Position numbers and translations under genes: made by a program. From assembly GCA_001179505.1 (NCBI GenBank), contig CDMY01000069.1, forward strand, positions 124,001 to 188,000: a stretch of 64,000 nucleotides of DNA, written 5' to 3'. The notes below the pieces were generated by a model. That model saw only the letters and a list, made by a program, of their open reading frames with translations, ran no database searches and had not been told where the DNA came from. The stretch comes from Vitrella brassicaformis CCMP3155 (Eukaryota > Protista > Chromerida). This document shows, piece after piece, positions 33,509-46,962 of this stretch. The first letter of the stretch is position 1. Every line of letters begins with the position of its first letter.

Positions 33509-36500
33509 GGGGGGNNNNNNNNNNNNNNNNNNNNNNNNNNNNNNNNNNNNNNNNNNNNNNNNNNNNNNNNNNNNNNNNNNNNNNNNNNNNNNNNNNNNNN
33601 NNNNNNNNNNNNNNNNNNNNNNNNNNNNNNNNNNNNNNNNNNNNNNNNNNNNNNNNNNNNNNNNNNNNNNNNNNNNNNNNNNNNNNNNNNNNNNNNNNNN
33701 NNNNNNNNNNNNNNNNNNNNNNNNNNNNNNNNNNNNNNNNNNNNNNNNNNNNNNNNNNNNNNNNNNNNNNNNNNNNNNNNNNNNNNNNNNNNNNNNNNNN
33801 NNNNNNNNNNNNNNGGGGGGGGGGGGGGGGGGGGGGGGGTCAGTCAGTCAGTCAGTCGGTCGGTCAGTCGCTGCATCGTGTGGTTCTCACTGACGTGGAG
33901 AAAGGCTGAGAGTTCTCTGCACTCGGGGACGATCAGTCCGAAGCAGCACTCGACGAGGGTGAAGAGGAAGTTGCGCCAGACGCAGATGTCCGTCCAGGAG
34001 ATCATGCTCTCCCACTTGTTGGGCAGACGGTTGCGCCACTGCTGCAGGACGTTACGGCTGAACACACACACACATCATCCAAGTGTGTGGAGTGGACCCA
34101 TTGGCCATCTCCACTGGCTCACCCCCTCACCATTGCTTGAGCGGCAGCTGGTGCTGCAGCCTGCTGGTGTATTCCCTGGCGTGGCGTCGGAGGTCGGGCA
34201 GGCGGAACTCGCGCCGAATGCCGTCCAGCAGGTCCATGCCCTCGACCAACTCTGACACACACACACACATATACACACGCCCCTCCCCTTGTCTCCCTCC
34301 CCTCCCTGTCTGTCTCTTTCTTTGTTTGTTTGTCTCACTCACCGCTGTATTGGTGGCACAGCCTGAGGAGCGGCACGTGTGACTCCGCGACAATGGGCGG
34401 CAGCCGCTGCCACTGGTGCAGCAACACACGCACACCGTCCTGACACACACCACATAAACCACACACAGCCATACCCACACCCACACATTGATTGATTGGT
34501 CTGTCCATTCAGTCACTATCTATTCAGCGTTCGTTGAGCGAAACAGAAACACCCAGCCCACCCATCTTTGTCGCTCCGCATCGTTGAGGTGCTTCTGCGC
34601 CTCCTCCCGGCTCTCTGTGAGGAGGTTGCTGTCTGTCTGGTACAGCACCTGCACGCCCTCACGCACAACCACACATGAATGACCCATGACACCATGACAA
34701 CCAGCACAGCACAGCACAGCACACGCCGACCATTCAGTCCCTCGGTGAGTGGGGTGGGTGATGGACGTCTGCCTGTCTGCCTGTCTGTGTGTATTTTGTG
34801 TTGTGTTGTCCTGTCCTGCCTCCCTCACTTGCTGCAGAGACGAGTAGGCGAGGCCGAGTTTGAGGGCCGCGGGACTGGCACCGGCTGCGGCTCCCTTGGA
34901 AATGACGCTCTGCAGCAAACCCCACTCACCCAACTTGGTCGACACCTCAACCTTTACACACAGCCACAGTCACACGATACGATCTCACACAAAGGTGTTC
35001 CTCTGGTTGGTCTCTCTCTCTCTCTCTCTTTGTCTCAGTCGGTCAGTACTACCTACCTGCAGAGGCATGTCCTGGCACTCTGCGGCCATTTCCTTGAGGG
35101 GCGTCCACTGTGAGAGGTTCTTGGCGCAGGTGACCCAGCCGTCATACCACCAGATCTGATTCTCCCTCTGCGCCTCGGTGCGGACGGCCCCCACTGACGT
35201 GAACAGATTGTACAAACACTGCGAGAAGATGTCCTGCGCCCGCTGCCAGTGGTTGTGCTGCATCAGGGAAGTCGCCTGCTTGGTCTCCAACGACTTGACG
35301 CGCGTGCGGCAGAGGCCGTAGCGGTAGTCGTCCTCCTCGAGATCGCGATACAGCATGCTCAGACACTGCACCCAGCAGCACAGGGAGGTGTCAGGTGACA
35401 CACAGACGAGTGGGGTGGAAGGGGTTGGCACAGTACCTGTGACGGCTGCCATCCTTTGTCAGGTTCTGCGATGAGTTTGGCCTGGAGGTACTCGCGGACG
35501 GCGTGGTAGCAGTTGTGGACCTTGGCCAGCGAGTACAGCTGGTGGGGCATCCAGTTGATGTCGGGGGAGCACCCCAGAGCGCCCTCCAACACCACCCGAT
35601 GAACGCTCACCACGAACCGCTCCTGGGTGCGTGAGGAACTCCTGCTGAGGAACTTGACGAGGGCCTCAGCGATGCGCTCTCTCTCGTCGTCCCTGAAGGT
35701 GCCCCACAGCTGAGGAAAGAGCTCCCGCCAGAGGGCAGCGGCATAGTCCTCATACATGTGGTACAGCTCGCTCAGCGGCCGCAACACGTCGCCCACGGTG
35801 CTGCCCCCGCCGACCACGCCGTCGAGGAACTCGCAGTGGCTCACCAGCACCCCCTTGACGCGCCCAGCCCACTCACGCCCCTCCCTCCCCTCCCCCTCTG
35901 TCAGCCTGTCGGTCTCTCTGTCGATGGACACCGACAGGTCGGTGCTCTCCTGACCGTCCTCGTCAGCCACCACGCCATCCTGCTCCTGCCGCAGCAAGCT
36001 CTCGTCCTCGCCCATGTCCTGGTCGTCGACGTAGGCCGACTCGCGGCTGTAAGTGAGTGCGTCGCCCTTGCCGGCCAGGAAGTCGATGAGGGGTTGGGCG
36101 GAGGGCCTGGCGAGGAGGCGGAAGTGGACAGGGGGGGTGAGGGAGGGCAGCCGGGCGGTGTGTGCGTAGGTGAGGTCGGTGTGGGGTGGGAGGGCGGCGA
36201 TGGTAAGGTCGAGTATTTGTGGGAGGAAGAAGCGGTCGCCGATGACGGCCCACTCCTCCGTCCAGTTGAAGATGGTCTCGACGCGCTGCGCCATCGTGGC
36301 GGGCAGCCGGCTGTTGAAGATGTCCAGAAAGGCTGAGGGACAGACAGACAGACAGACAGTCCGTGTGCTGTGCTGTACTGTGTTGCTGCGATTGCAGTGC
36401 AATGCATCTGACCCACTCACTCACTGACCTTGTCTGATGTATCTGTTGGGTGACGCCATGCCGATGATGGCCGCCCGGACCAGCTTTTCCCACACAAAGT

Positions 36501-39500
36501 TACTGGCCTCCTCCGACCGGCTCCTGCCTGCGAAGGGCTGCTCCCCCACGACATCGCCGCCGCCTTTGCCCGCACCCTCCGCCTCCCCATTGGTCCCGCG
36601 GTGGTCCAGCGGGGTGGCCGAGGTGTCATCGCTGCTCCTGGGCGGGCTGCAGTCGCCCGTGATGACCTTATGAGCGATATCCATGACGTAGAGGTGGAGC
36701 TGCAGGTGGGGTGAGTTGTCCTGGGCCATCATGCTGAGAACCAGCATCGCCACCTCCTCGTAGGTGAGGATCTGGTGCACCATCGCCGACGGCACCGTGC
36801 TGCTGGAGGGATCCATGAAGCCGAAGGGCAGGTAGGGCGGCGCCTTGGGGTCGCGCGGGGGCGGGCTGTCTGTCCGCATGTACTTGAGCAGCCACCCTCC
36901 ACCCCCTTTGCTGCGTCTGGGCGACTCCCCACCACCCCCACCCTCTCGCTCCTCGCCCTGCATCGCCGTCCCGGTAGCCTCGTTGTCGCCCTGAGAGTCG
37001 TCCTCGGTAGCGTCGGCGGCCCGCCGCGCAGGCGGATCTCTCATCCGCCGCTGCTGCTGCCGCTGCTGCTGTGTGGCGGGTGTGGCGATCTGCTCGGGCT
37101 TGTAGCTCTGGATGAAGGCCGCGGCAGACTTCATGGGGTCGTATGTGGCGCCGACGATCCAGCGGCCGACGAGGCGGATCATGTCGATGGAGAGGGGCTG
37201 CGGCACGTGGTAGGAGGTGAAGAGGTCCCGGATGATTTTGAGAAGCTCCTTGCGCAGGTCGTTGGGGAGGTGGTTGAGCCGGCAGGCGGCCATCTGCACG
37301 AGCTCGCTGAGACATGCCACCAGGACCTCGCTGGTGGGGCCGCCATCGTTCCTGAAGGGCCCCACCGCCACACCCAAAGGCGTCATGAAGGGGATGTGTT
37401 GGTGGACGTTGCGCTCGAGTTCCGCCATCTTGCCCGACACGATCAGCGGCGTCTGTAGTACGTACACCACACACACAGCACAGCACAGCAGAGCGGAGTG
37501 CGAAGATCCACGTGCAGTCACTGTACATGGAGGCCTGGCCAGGCTGTCCCGTCCGTCGCGTACGTGTCTTGCGACGGCTTTGAGCATGGCCGGCGCGAAG
37601 TGGTCCAAGAACTGCATCGAGCTGAAGGTGGTGGGCGCCGACCCCACCAGCACCTGCAGCATCTTGGCAGCCGTGTACAGCTGCACCTGCAGCCGGTAGG
37701 TCTGATCGGCCCTCCCCGGCAGCACACCCGGGGGCCCCGGGACGTTCTTGGTGGCCTGCTCGGTGTCTGCGGGGTGGTGCGGTGTGCTCATGACGGGCAG
37801 TATGGCGCTGGGGGGCAGCCCGTTGGCGTCAAGCTCAGTAGACGGGGAGCCCTGGTTCAGGCCGGCAGTGACCACCTCGATCAGCCGCTTGTAGAAGACC
37901 TTGCCACCGCTGCCGCAGTTCTCGTAGCTGGTGGACGCTAGGGCGCTGGGGGGCTCGGGAGGGGGAACGACCTGCACACACAGAGAGAGAGGGAGGGAGG
38001 GAGGGAGAGAGATTGATACGATGCAGGTCCCTGGGGGGGAGGGGAAGAGTGTGTGACCTACCCACCTGGACAAGTTTCCTGAGTAGTGCGACGAGTGAGT
38101 TGATGGATGCCTTGTCGTTGGTGGTGAATGCGGGCGTGAGGCAGTGGGTGATGGCCTCCAGCTTGTCGTGGATCACCTCGGGCGGCTGCTGCTGCACCGT
38201 TATGTGCAGCACCGTCAGAGTCGCGTGCACCGCCCGTATGTATGAGGCCTACACACACACACACAGTTACACCACATCCATCATGTTGTGTGGGGAGGGT
38301 GTGGTGTGGTGTGTGTGTCTGACGGACAGACCAGACCAACGTAGGTACCTGTGCGTAGAACGATTTGGTCCAGTAAGTGTTTAGGTCGTACGGCGAGAGG
38401 TTCTGCAGCTCCTTGTGCGGCCCGAAGAGGGGAGGAGCGAAGGGGCTGGCCACCACGAGCTTCTCCAGGTGGGGGTAGTTGATCGCCGCCTCGGGCCACA
38501 AGGCAAGCGACCTAACACACACACACACATGGCCCAGGCCTGTGTGTTGCTCTCTCTATCACTCAGTGGTGTGGTGGCATGGCCTACGTACGTCCAGAAA
38601 AGGTCGAAGGCGCGCTTGCTCATGTCGAAGTCGTCCTTGACGCTGAGAGCGAGAGCGGTGCGCATGAGGAAGTTGACGACCATCTGGGCCATGTTATCGT
38701 CAATACGGAACTCGAGCTTGTCGCCGCGCTGCATCAGCAGATCGGCCGGCGTCCGGATGTCGCTGTCGTCTATCGCCGTCTCGTCAACGCTGTCGCCGCC
38801 AACTGTATGAGCGGTTTACCCATAAATACCAACACATACACGGACGTGCCTTCGTGTGAGTGAATGCATTTCTTCTGTGTAGTTAGTGGGTGGCTTACGT
38901 GTGGACTCGAATCCGTCCAGCCCGTCGCTTGATGATGGCGAGCCGAAGGAGTCAACGCCCGCAGCCCGTCGCGGCCCTCCTTCTCCCCTCTCCTCACCCT
39001 CACCACCGCCGACACCCTCGGCTGCAGCGGCGGCCATGGGCACGTCCCCCTCCTTGTCCTTGTCCTTGTCTTTAATGTCTTTCTTGTCCTGCTCCTTGGC
39101 CATGCGGGCCCGCTTGGCCGCCTTCTGAGCCAGAGGCGTGTCCTCGTCCATGTCGTCCTCCTCCTCACCCGCTGCTGCCGCTGCCGCCGCTGCCTTGGAA
39201 GGCTCCCTTTGGCGCTTCTTTCGCTGCGATGGGGGGCCTTGGGTGTCATCGGCTGCTGCAGCTGCTGTGGGCTCTGCTGGGGATGAGGGGAGCACCTCGG
39301 TGTCCCGGCCGTACCGGCAGAGAGCCGCCTGCTCGTCCACATAGCGGGCCTGACAAAAACAAAGGAACGAACACACAACAAACACGATTTCTGGCTGGCT
39401 GGGTGGACCATGTCATGTCTGTGTGAAGGGTTCGTTCGATTGGCGCAAGGACGTGAGGCGACTTGCCTGCCACTTGACGACGAGTGCCGCGATGTCTAGA

Positions 39501-42500
39501 GCGACCCGTCGGTGCTCCGATGCAGAGGAGGATCTCGTGTGCGCGAGGCCGAGGCGGTTGAGTGAGTGGACCATCTGGGTGATGAACTTGGCCTTCCACG
39601 GGTAAAAGACGTCGGCATGACGAATGATCTGATCATTGATTGACACACACATACACACACGCAACACAACCACCACAGCACAGCCAACAGAGTGCAGTGC
39701 GCGGAGGGGATGGATCCCATCCCCCTGCAGAGCTGTGTGTGTGTGTGTCAGCTAGCTGACTGACTAACCAGGTTCCACACATGGACGGTCTGGCTGATGT
39801 TGTGGGCCTCGTCGATGAGCGTCCGCAGTGTCCATCGCACCCAGTTGGGCACGCCCGAGTCGCCGATCCGCCGGGGCAGCGCACGAGTCAGCATGTCCAG
39901 GGCCGTCCGCAGCAGCTCACGCGGCGTGTCGTTCTTGTGCTGCTTCAGAAGCGCCACATAGACCTGGACGATGATTTTTGAGGGCGTGTCGTAGACGTCG
40001 ATGAATCTGCAGATGGTGATGTAGCCCCACAGCTGGACGGTCTTGGATTCGCTCCGCAGGTGGCTCCAGGCGAACTTGATGAACTCCCGACGGTGGTCCG
40101 TCAACTCGTTGTGGGCGTACTGAGCCAGAATGGTCGCCAGACGCAGCAACTCGACCCTAAGCAAGAAGATCACAACACAGCAGACACATGTCATGTGTCT
40201 CAGACGCTCATCGGTTGGTCCATCTACTCTCCCCCCTCCCCCCCGCTCCCATTTCATTTCCCTTACTTGAGGGCCTCCTCAGCGGGTGTGTACTGCCTGC
40301 CCTGCTGGTCTCTCTGCTCCCTGTCCGTCTCCAACACGTGGCTCATGACCTTCCGGATGAGATCGGGCTCCAGCACATGCTGGTCGGCGCACTGCAGCAC
40401 GGCCTGCTCGAACGAGGCATGGGTGGCCGGGGGGAAGGCCTGGTGCTGGTCCTGGCCATGGCCGTGGCCGCCGCGGCGGCGCTTGAAGGTGCTCTCTAGC
40501 ATGGGGATGATGATCACCTGAAGGCCTGAAGGCACGTCAAACCATACGAAAAGTGTGTGTGGTGGTGTGGTGGTCGTGTGGTTGTGGTTGTGGTTGCACC
40601 GAGCACTCTCTGCAGCGGCTGCATGTAGTAGACTTGCTGGCCGTCCTTGACCATCGGGGTGCCGTCTTTGTTGGTCTCCTTCCTTTGCCAGAAGTTGAGG
40701 AAGCACTGCAGGATGTCGCGGCGCTCAAAGGACAAAGGCGTCTGGGTGACGGTGCGCGTCAGCCACTCGGCCACGTACGAGTAGTCGACCGTCGACCGCA
40801 CACACAGCGCGTTCACCAGAAACAACAGCGTGTGCACCCTGAAAAGACATACATACACACACAGGCACACGAATGCACCCACCCATACACACCCATCCAC
40901 TCCACCTTCCCCCCCACCCCCACAGGACATACCTACCTGAGGTTGGCCAGGCCTTGCCAGATGTCATCAGAGTAGGGCACCTCCCACTCATAGCCCGTTC
41001 CGTAGCCAGCAACACCCACATTCGTCAGGCCGTTGCCCCCGCTCCCATTCTCGCTCGTTGCCGGGCTGTCTCGCCGACCGATCAATGAGCCCGATGGCGA
41101 CGGCGAGGGCGATGGGGCACCCTCGCCGCCACCGCCGCCTCTGCTTACGACACGCCACCTGGGTGCTGACGCCCGTATGAGCCAGACCATGCACTTGATG
41201 AGCATGCGGCACTCCCTCGTGTGGAAGAAGGCGTCAGGGTGGTCGGGCTGCTGCATGCCGTTGGGCCCCACGGTTTTCTCCATCTGCTGCTGCTGGGAGA
41301 ACCCCACTGGGGAAACGTGGGGCATCGGCATGGGCACGGCCGTGCCCGCGATGACCGGCTGTGTGATGAGCCGCCACGTGTTGGCCAGCGCTTCTGCGAG
41401 TGTGAGTGGGTTGGCGGTTTGCTGATATGGGGGCAGCGGGTTGGGCGGCTGGGGCGGGGGTGGCGGTGGCGAGGCATCCAGTCCATCGGGCTGCTGCTGC
41501 TGGTTTTGACGGTCCTCTTGTTTGTTCTTGTAGGCCTCCATCTCTTTGTCGTATTCCTGCTTCCTGAACTTGTACTCCTGCTGATTCAGACGCTCCCGAC
41601 GGAAATAATCCTCCTTGACGCAACAATACTCCCTATGACATCACACCCAGAGAGAGACACAGACACAGACACAGACAGCACAGCCCATGCACACCACACC
41701 TGCCCGTGTGGAGGGGACGTGTGTGTGTGTGTGGCGTACAAGTAGGTACCTGAAGAGGAAGTCTGGCTGGAAGTGTGTAAGCGCGTGGATGACCCTGATG
41801 GCCTGCAGCACCCTCTCTGGCAAGGTGAGCATGTGGTAGCTCCTGCTGCGCATCTCGTTGTGGGCGTCCTCAAACACACGGACCAGCTCACACGACGCCT
41901 GACGCACCTGCTCCCTGAAGGGCTCAGTGTGTTTCATTTTGAGCATCTGCACGAACAGATTGAGCTGCTGGGGCGGCATGCGGCCCTCCCGCAGCTTGCG
42001 CAAGAAGTAACCGGCCGACTCGCGAGGGAAGCGGGCGCAGAAGAGCGACAGGGGGTAGCGGTAGGGCGAGCTGAGCTGCCCCAGCTTGCCGGCGTGTGCG
42101 AGGTGGGTCTCGAGGCCGGGGATCGTGAAGTCGCCCATTGTGGTGTTCATGAGGGTGTCCAGGAACTTCTCGGGGGCGGGCGGCAGCAGGTAGAAACACG
42201 TCAGCATCGTGGCCGCAACCTGCCAGCCGTCCATCGACACACACAGAGAGAGAGAGAATGACACGCTGGTGTGTGTGTGTGTCATTTCACTCTGTGTGTG
42301 TGTGTGGCGAGCGAGCCAGCACCCTCCCTCCTTAGTTACTTTGACTTCTTCTGATGTCCTCCATGATTTGAAGTCCCTGAGCTCCTTGGGCAGCTGCTGG
42401 TCGCGAGGCCTATTTGGCTGAATCGGGTGCAGCCAGTGCACCACCCCAGGTACCACAGGCAGCAGCGGGGCGATGGTGGTCTGGCCCAGCTTGTCTGCCG

Positions 42501-45500
42501 AGTTCCACTTCCTTAGGTGGTCCAGCAGCTTCTCGCCCAGCGTCACGTTGAAACAGGATGACAGCAGCTCCAGGAGACGAGCCAATCCCTGACAGGTAGA
42601 CAAACAGATGGATGGATGGATGGATGGACAACAGGACTGACTGACGGGCATCTACCCACCTGTAGCAGTGGTGTGTTGAGTTTCTGGGGATTGGCGAGGT
42701 TGAGGAGTATCGGCCGCAGGCTCCCGCGCAGGTTGTCCTCGGGCAGCAGGTCCGCCTGGGGGCTGCCTCCCAGGCCCCCGCCCTCGGGGAGGTACCGCTC
42801 GTTCTTCTTGATCGACCGCAGCGCGTGCTGTGCCGCATTCACCACCTCTATGTCACGACGGGTCAAACACCTACACACACACACGGACGGCATGACCTGA
42901 CGCGGGTGGGTGTGTTTGGGTGTGTGCAGTGGAGTGCAGCGAGCCAGAGAGGGTCCGGTCTCTACCTGAAGAGTGTTCCGATGAGTGCCCCTCTGAGGTC
43001 AGCGGGTTCCTGTGTCTGCTGCTGCCGCCCCTGCTGGCTGCTCGAGTCCTGCGGCGGCTCCGGCTTGCTGAATCTGGGAGGGCCCTTGAGCAACCGGAAC
43101 CTGCACAACACAACACAACACAACACAACACAACACCACCACATGCTATGCAGTCACATCCATCCATCCATCCAGACGGGCAGGCTGACCAGACTGGGTG
43201 CAGTATAACGAGTTTGATGACGCGGATGTAGTAGACGACAAGAGTGACCTTGGTCTGGTAACCGTCGTCCCACAGCCTCAGCGGCACGTCCTCCTCGGGC
43301 ACCCCGCCGCCCAGCGTGTGCGTGGGGGGCCGGCTCTGCTGCTGCTGCTGCTCCAGCCGATCCTTGAGGGCCGTCTCCTCAGCCTTCTTCTGCTCCTCAC
43401 TGTCTTGATCTAGCAGCGTTCGAACCGTCTCAACGAACCTGCACACACACACATGTGGGTGTGGTGTGTGTATGGGTGTGGAGTCTGGTCTGACTGTCAG
43501 ACCCTTGTATGAGATCGTCCTGCAGGTCTCGTGAGGTCATGGGGGGTCTGAGCGCGAGGAAGAAGCACATGCAGTCGCACTGAGCCAGCTTGTAGTTATC
43601 CGCCAGCCGGAGGAACTCCTGCGGCAAGAAGTACTTGGCCGTCCCGTCGTACATCCGATGAGCACTGTCGACCCGCCCCACACTCTCCGCTCCCTGCGGT
43701 AGGCCACTCGCCGATGCGCCAGCAGCGGCGGACGATGAACCCGTCTCGTCTGCCGGCTTCGCTCCAGGGGCGGCGGCCGCAGCGGCTTCCTGACCGCCCT
43801 TTCTGTCTTGATGGGGCTGCTGTGTGGGGGTGGTGGTAGTGGGCTGCATGTTGGGAGGGAGTGTGATGACCTGCTGGACGGACACCTGGAGGACCTCGGC
43901 GATGAAGACCAGGATGCGCTGCGCACACCGACGCTGAAAGACACGCCCCGCACAAAGCTCCATTACCATGCTGCGGCAACACCTGCATGGATTGCATTCA
44001 TTCGCCAAACAGTCAGTGCAGTCAGTCAATGCACTCAACTCCCCCATCACACGTGTGTGTTTTTCTACACAAGAAGGTCCTGTCCTCACTTGTAGAGTCC
44101 TTGCCTCATCGGCGCCCTCCCCGGGTCGCTCATCAGCTGGTCGAGCGTCAGCCGCCTCCCAACACCACCACCACCATAAGGATCCCGCTCGGCCTCGCCG
44201 GCAGCGATGCTCATGCCGGCGGCTGATGCCTCAGCTGCCGCCGTGCTGTCGGCTGCCTTGCGCTCCACGGCCGGGGATGAGTCTGGGGAGGCCGCCCGTG
44301 GTCGCGGGCTGCGGCGGGCGCGGCTATTTTTGTGCCGGAGGAGGTCGGGCTCGCCCTCGCCGCACACGTAAGCCACCAAAGTCATCATGGTCTCCTGCAA
44401 AGGCAACGAGAATAGCCGGGGGGTGTCTGTCTGTCCACTCCACTCTCTCTGTCTGTGTGTGTGTGTCCATGCCATGCCATGCCTACCATGGCGAGTCTTT
44501 CCGTGACGAAGGACAGGCCGCTGGCGTGGTCGCGCAGGGCATACTGTGCCGCGCGGAAGATGCGGGTGAAGTGTACTTTGGACCACGATGGGGGCACGAG
44601 CTTGATGAGCCGCGTGAGGGCCAGGCACCCCGCCCCCGCCTTGCGCCAGTTGACGCCGTAGCAGAGCTGTGCGAAGGTGGTGAGGAGGACCTCGCAGAAG
44701 AGCGATTCGGCCACGACCTTGTCGGTGCTGGTGGGCTGGATGGCGAAGAAGGTCTCGACGATGAGCTGCAGGGCGTGTAGCACCACGGCCGTCAGGCGCA
44801 TGTGCACCGGGTCCACATCGACGTTCTCCTGCACCCAAGCATCACACACACACACACATACACACATACACACGTCATTTCAACACCCACACCGCAGACA
44901 GAGAAGCGTCACGCTCTGACTGACCTGGATGGCGAGGAACACGCAGTAGGGGTCGATCTCGTGGAGGCAGTGGGCCTTGAGGGAGTGTGCCTCACCGCTA
45001 GTCGATTTGGGGGAGATGCGGGTGGCGAAGACGATGCCCAAATGGCGAAATATGCCCTCGAAGAAGGGGAACACCTTCGTCCCGATATCGGGGTCAGCCA
45101 CCGCCAGGAACAGCCCCCTGAAGATCTGACCCAGCAGCTGCTGCTCGGCGCTCCGGCAGGCGATGCTCCGGTGGGCGAGCTCCTCAAGCTCCGGCTCGGG
45201 CGGGCCGGTGTCGTAGCCGCCGAAGGAGAAGGGGTCGACGGGCGGGGGCAAAGGGGGCGTGTCGACGTCCATCATGGCGACAGACTGCCTCTGTCGCCTC
45301 TCACGCGCGCCCTGCAGCGGACCGTCGCGCTGCTGCGCACGGTGCAGCAGGAAGCGGTACACCTGAGTGCAGTGCAGTTCAAACACATACATACCGACAC
45401 ACACTGGCTGCCTGACGGCATACCCTACGTGTACCCCACCCCACCGGACCGACCCGTTCGAGTGTCTTGTCTCCCTTGCCGCTCTCCAAGTTCATCAGCG

Positions 45501-46918
45501 GCATGAGGCAGTGCTGCAGGAAGGAGAAGCAAAACATCTTGAACTCCCCGTCCAGCCGGGGCGGAGCCGCCTCCCCAGCCGCAGCAACCATAGCTGCCAC
45601 CCTGGCCTGCGTCGCCGCACCACCATATGCAATCGGGTTGACCGTGCCGGTCCCAGCGCCACCCATGGCACCCTCCAGAGCCCGCACACACATCTGCACG
45701 GCGCCGTCGAGGCCCAGCGGGATGGTCGGGTCGGGCGCTTTGGGCTCCTCGGCGTCCGCCATCCTCACGTCGGGGATGGGCTGCTGCTGCTGCTGCGGGG
45801 GCCTCCTGCCTTTGTCTTTCTTGTCTGCTGGCTCGTCGATGTCCATCGGGGCTGGGCCGGTGGCTGGGGTCTCCTGTGGCCCGGTCTTGGTGCGCACCGA
45901 CGTGCCGGTGGGCTCCGTCTTGATGTGTGGGTGGGCGGGGGCTGGGGCGGGTTGCGGTCCAGGTGCAGGTGCAGGTAGTGGGAGTGGCGGGGACGGGGGG
46001 CCGCTGTGCACCACCAGACCCAGCTGCAGCAGGTCATACGGGTACTTCCGATACTGATCACACAATACACACACACACACACACACACACGTACAAGCGA
46101 AGACATACATACGGGTCAGTCAGTCACTGTCAGCCATTAGACAGACATTTATGTGGGTGGGAGCTCGTGTAGGTGGCTGGCTGACTGACCGGCATGAGTA
46201 TGGGTTCCTTGATGAACCATCTGTTCTTGCCGCCCAGCTTGCCCAGGATCCGGATGGTCTGCGCGGCGTTGGAGCGGCGGTGCTCCGGCAGACTCTCAGT
46301 GTGACGGTCGCCACGGTAGAAATGCAGGTAACGATGAAACCCTGTGCAATACACAGACAGACAGACAGACAGGCAGAGCCGATGCAATGCATTGCCATGC
46401 ACCATCCCTCCCTCCCTCCCTCCCTCTGTCTGTGTGTCCCTCCGTCCTTCGATGCCATGCTGACTGACCATGTGACTGGCCAATAGGCGATCCGCAGGCC
46501 TTGAGCAGGTCGCAGAGCGCCTCAGTGAGCGGTGCCCTGGTCTGGGTGTTGCTGCCCTCAAACCGTTGGAGGTAGAACTGCTGGTGCTGGGGGGGCGGTG
46601 CGGCGCCCACGCCGGTCATGTCGTTCGTCCAGTGTGTGTAGCAGGGGTGTAGGCAGAATGACTCGGACTGATGGTGGCTCATGATGACGGCGTAGAGCAT
46701 GTTGTTGTCGAGGCCGTCGATCCACCCCTCGAGCATCCTGAGGCCCATCGAGACGATCTCGGGGTCTTTGCTGCGGAGCGCTAGGCACGTGGGAATGGTC
46801 AGCTGCGGCAGGAACGGCAGCTGGTCCTTCAACATTATCGGCACCGTCATACACACCTCCAGCCAAGAATCCTGTAGACCAAACCGCATGGCACACACAC
46901 ACACACATGGGGCCATGT

Positions 46919-46962
<44 letters not shown>

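Noticed and set aside
33491-33839. Poly-G runs around the second gap as a hidden element or missing exon
   Set aside because: Flanking exons join into continuous FAT-domain sequence, and the gap content cannot be read.
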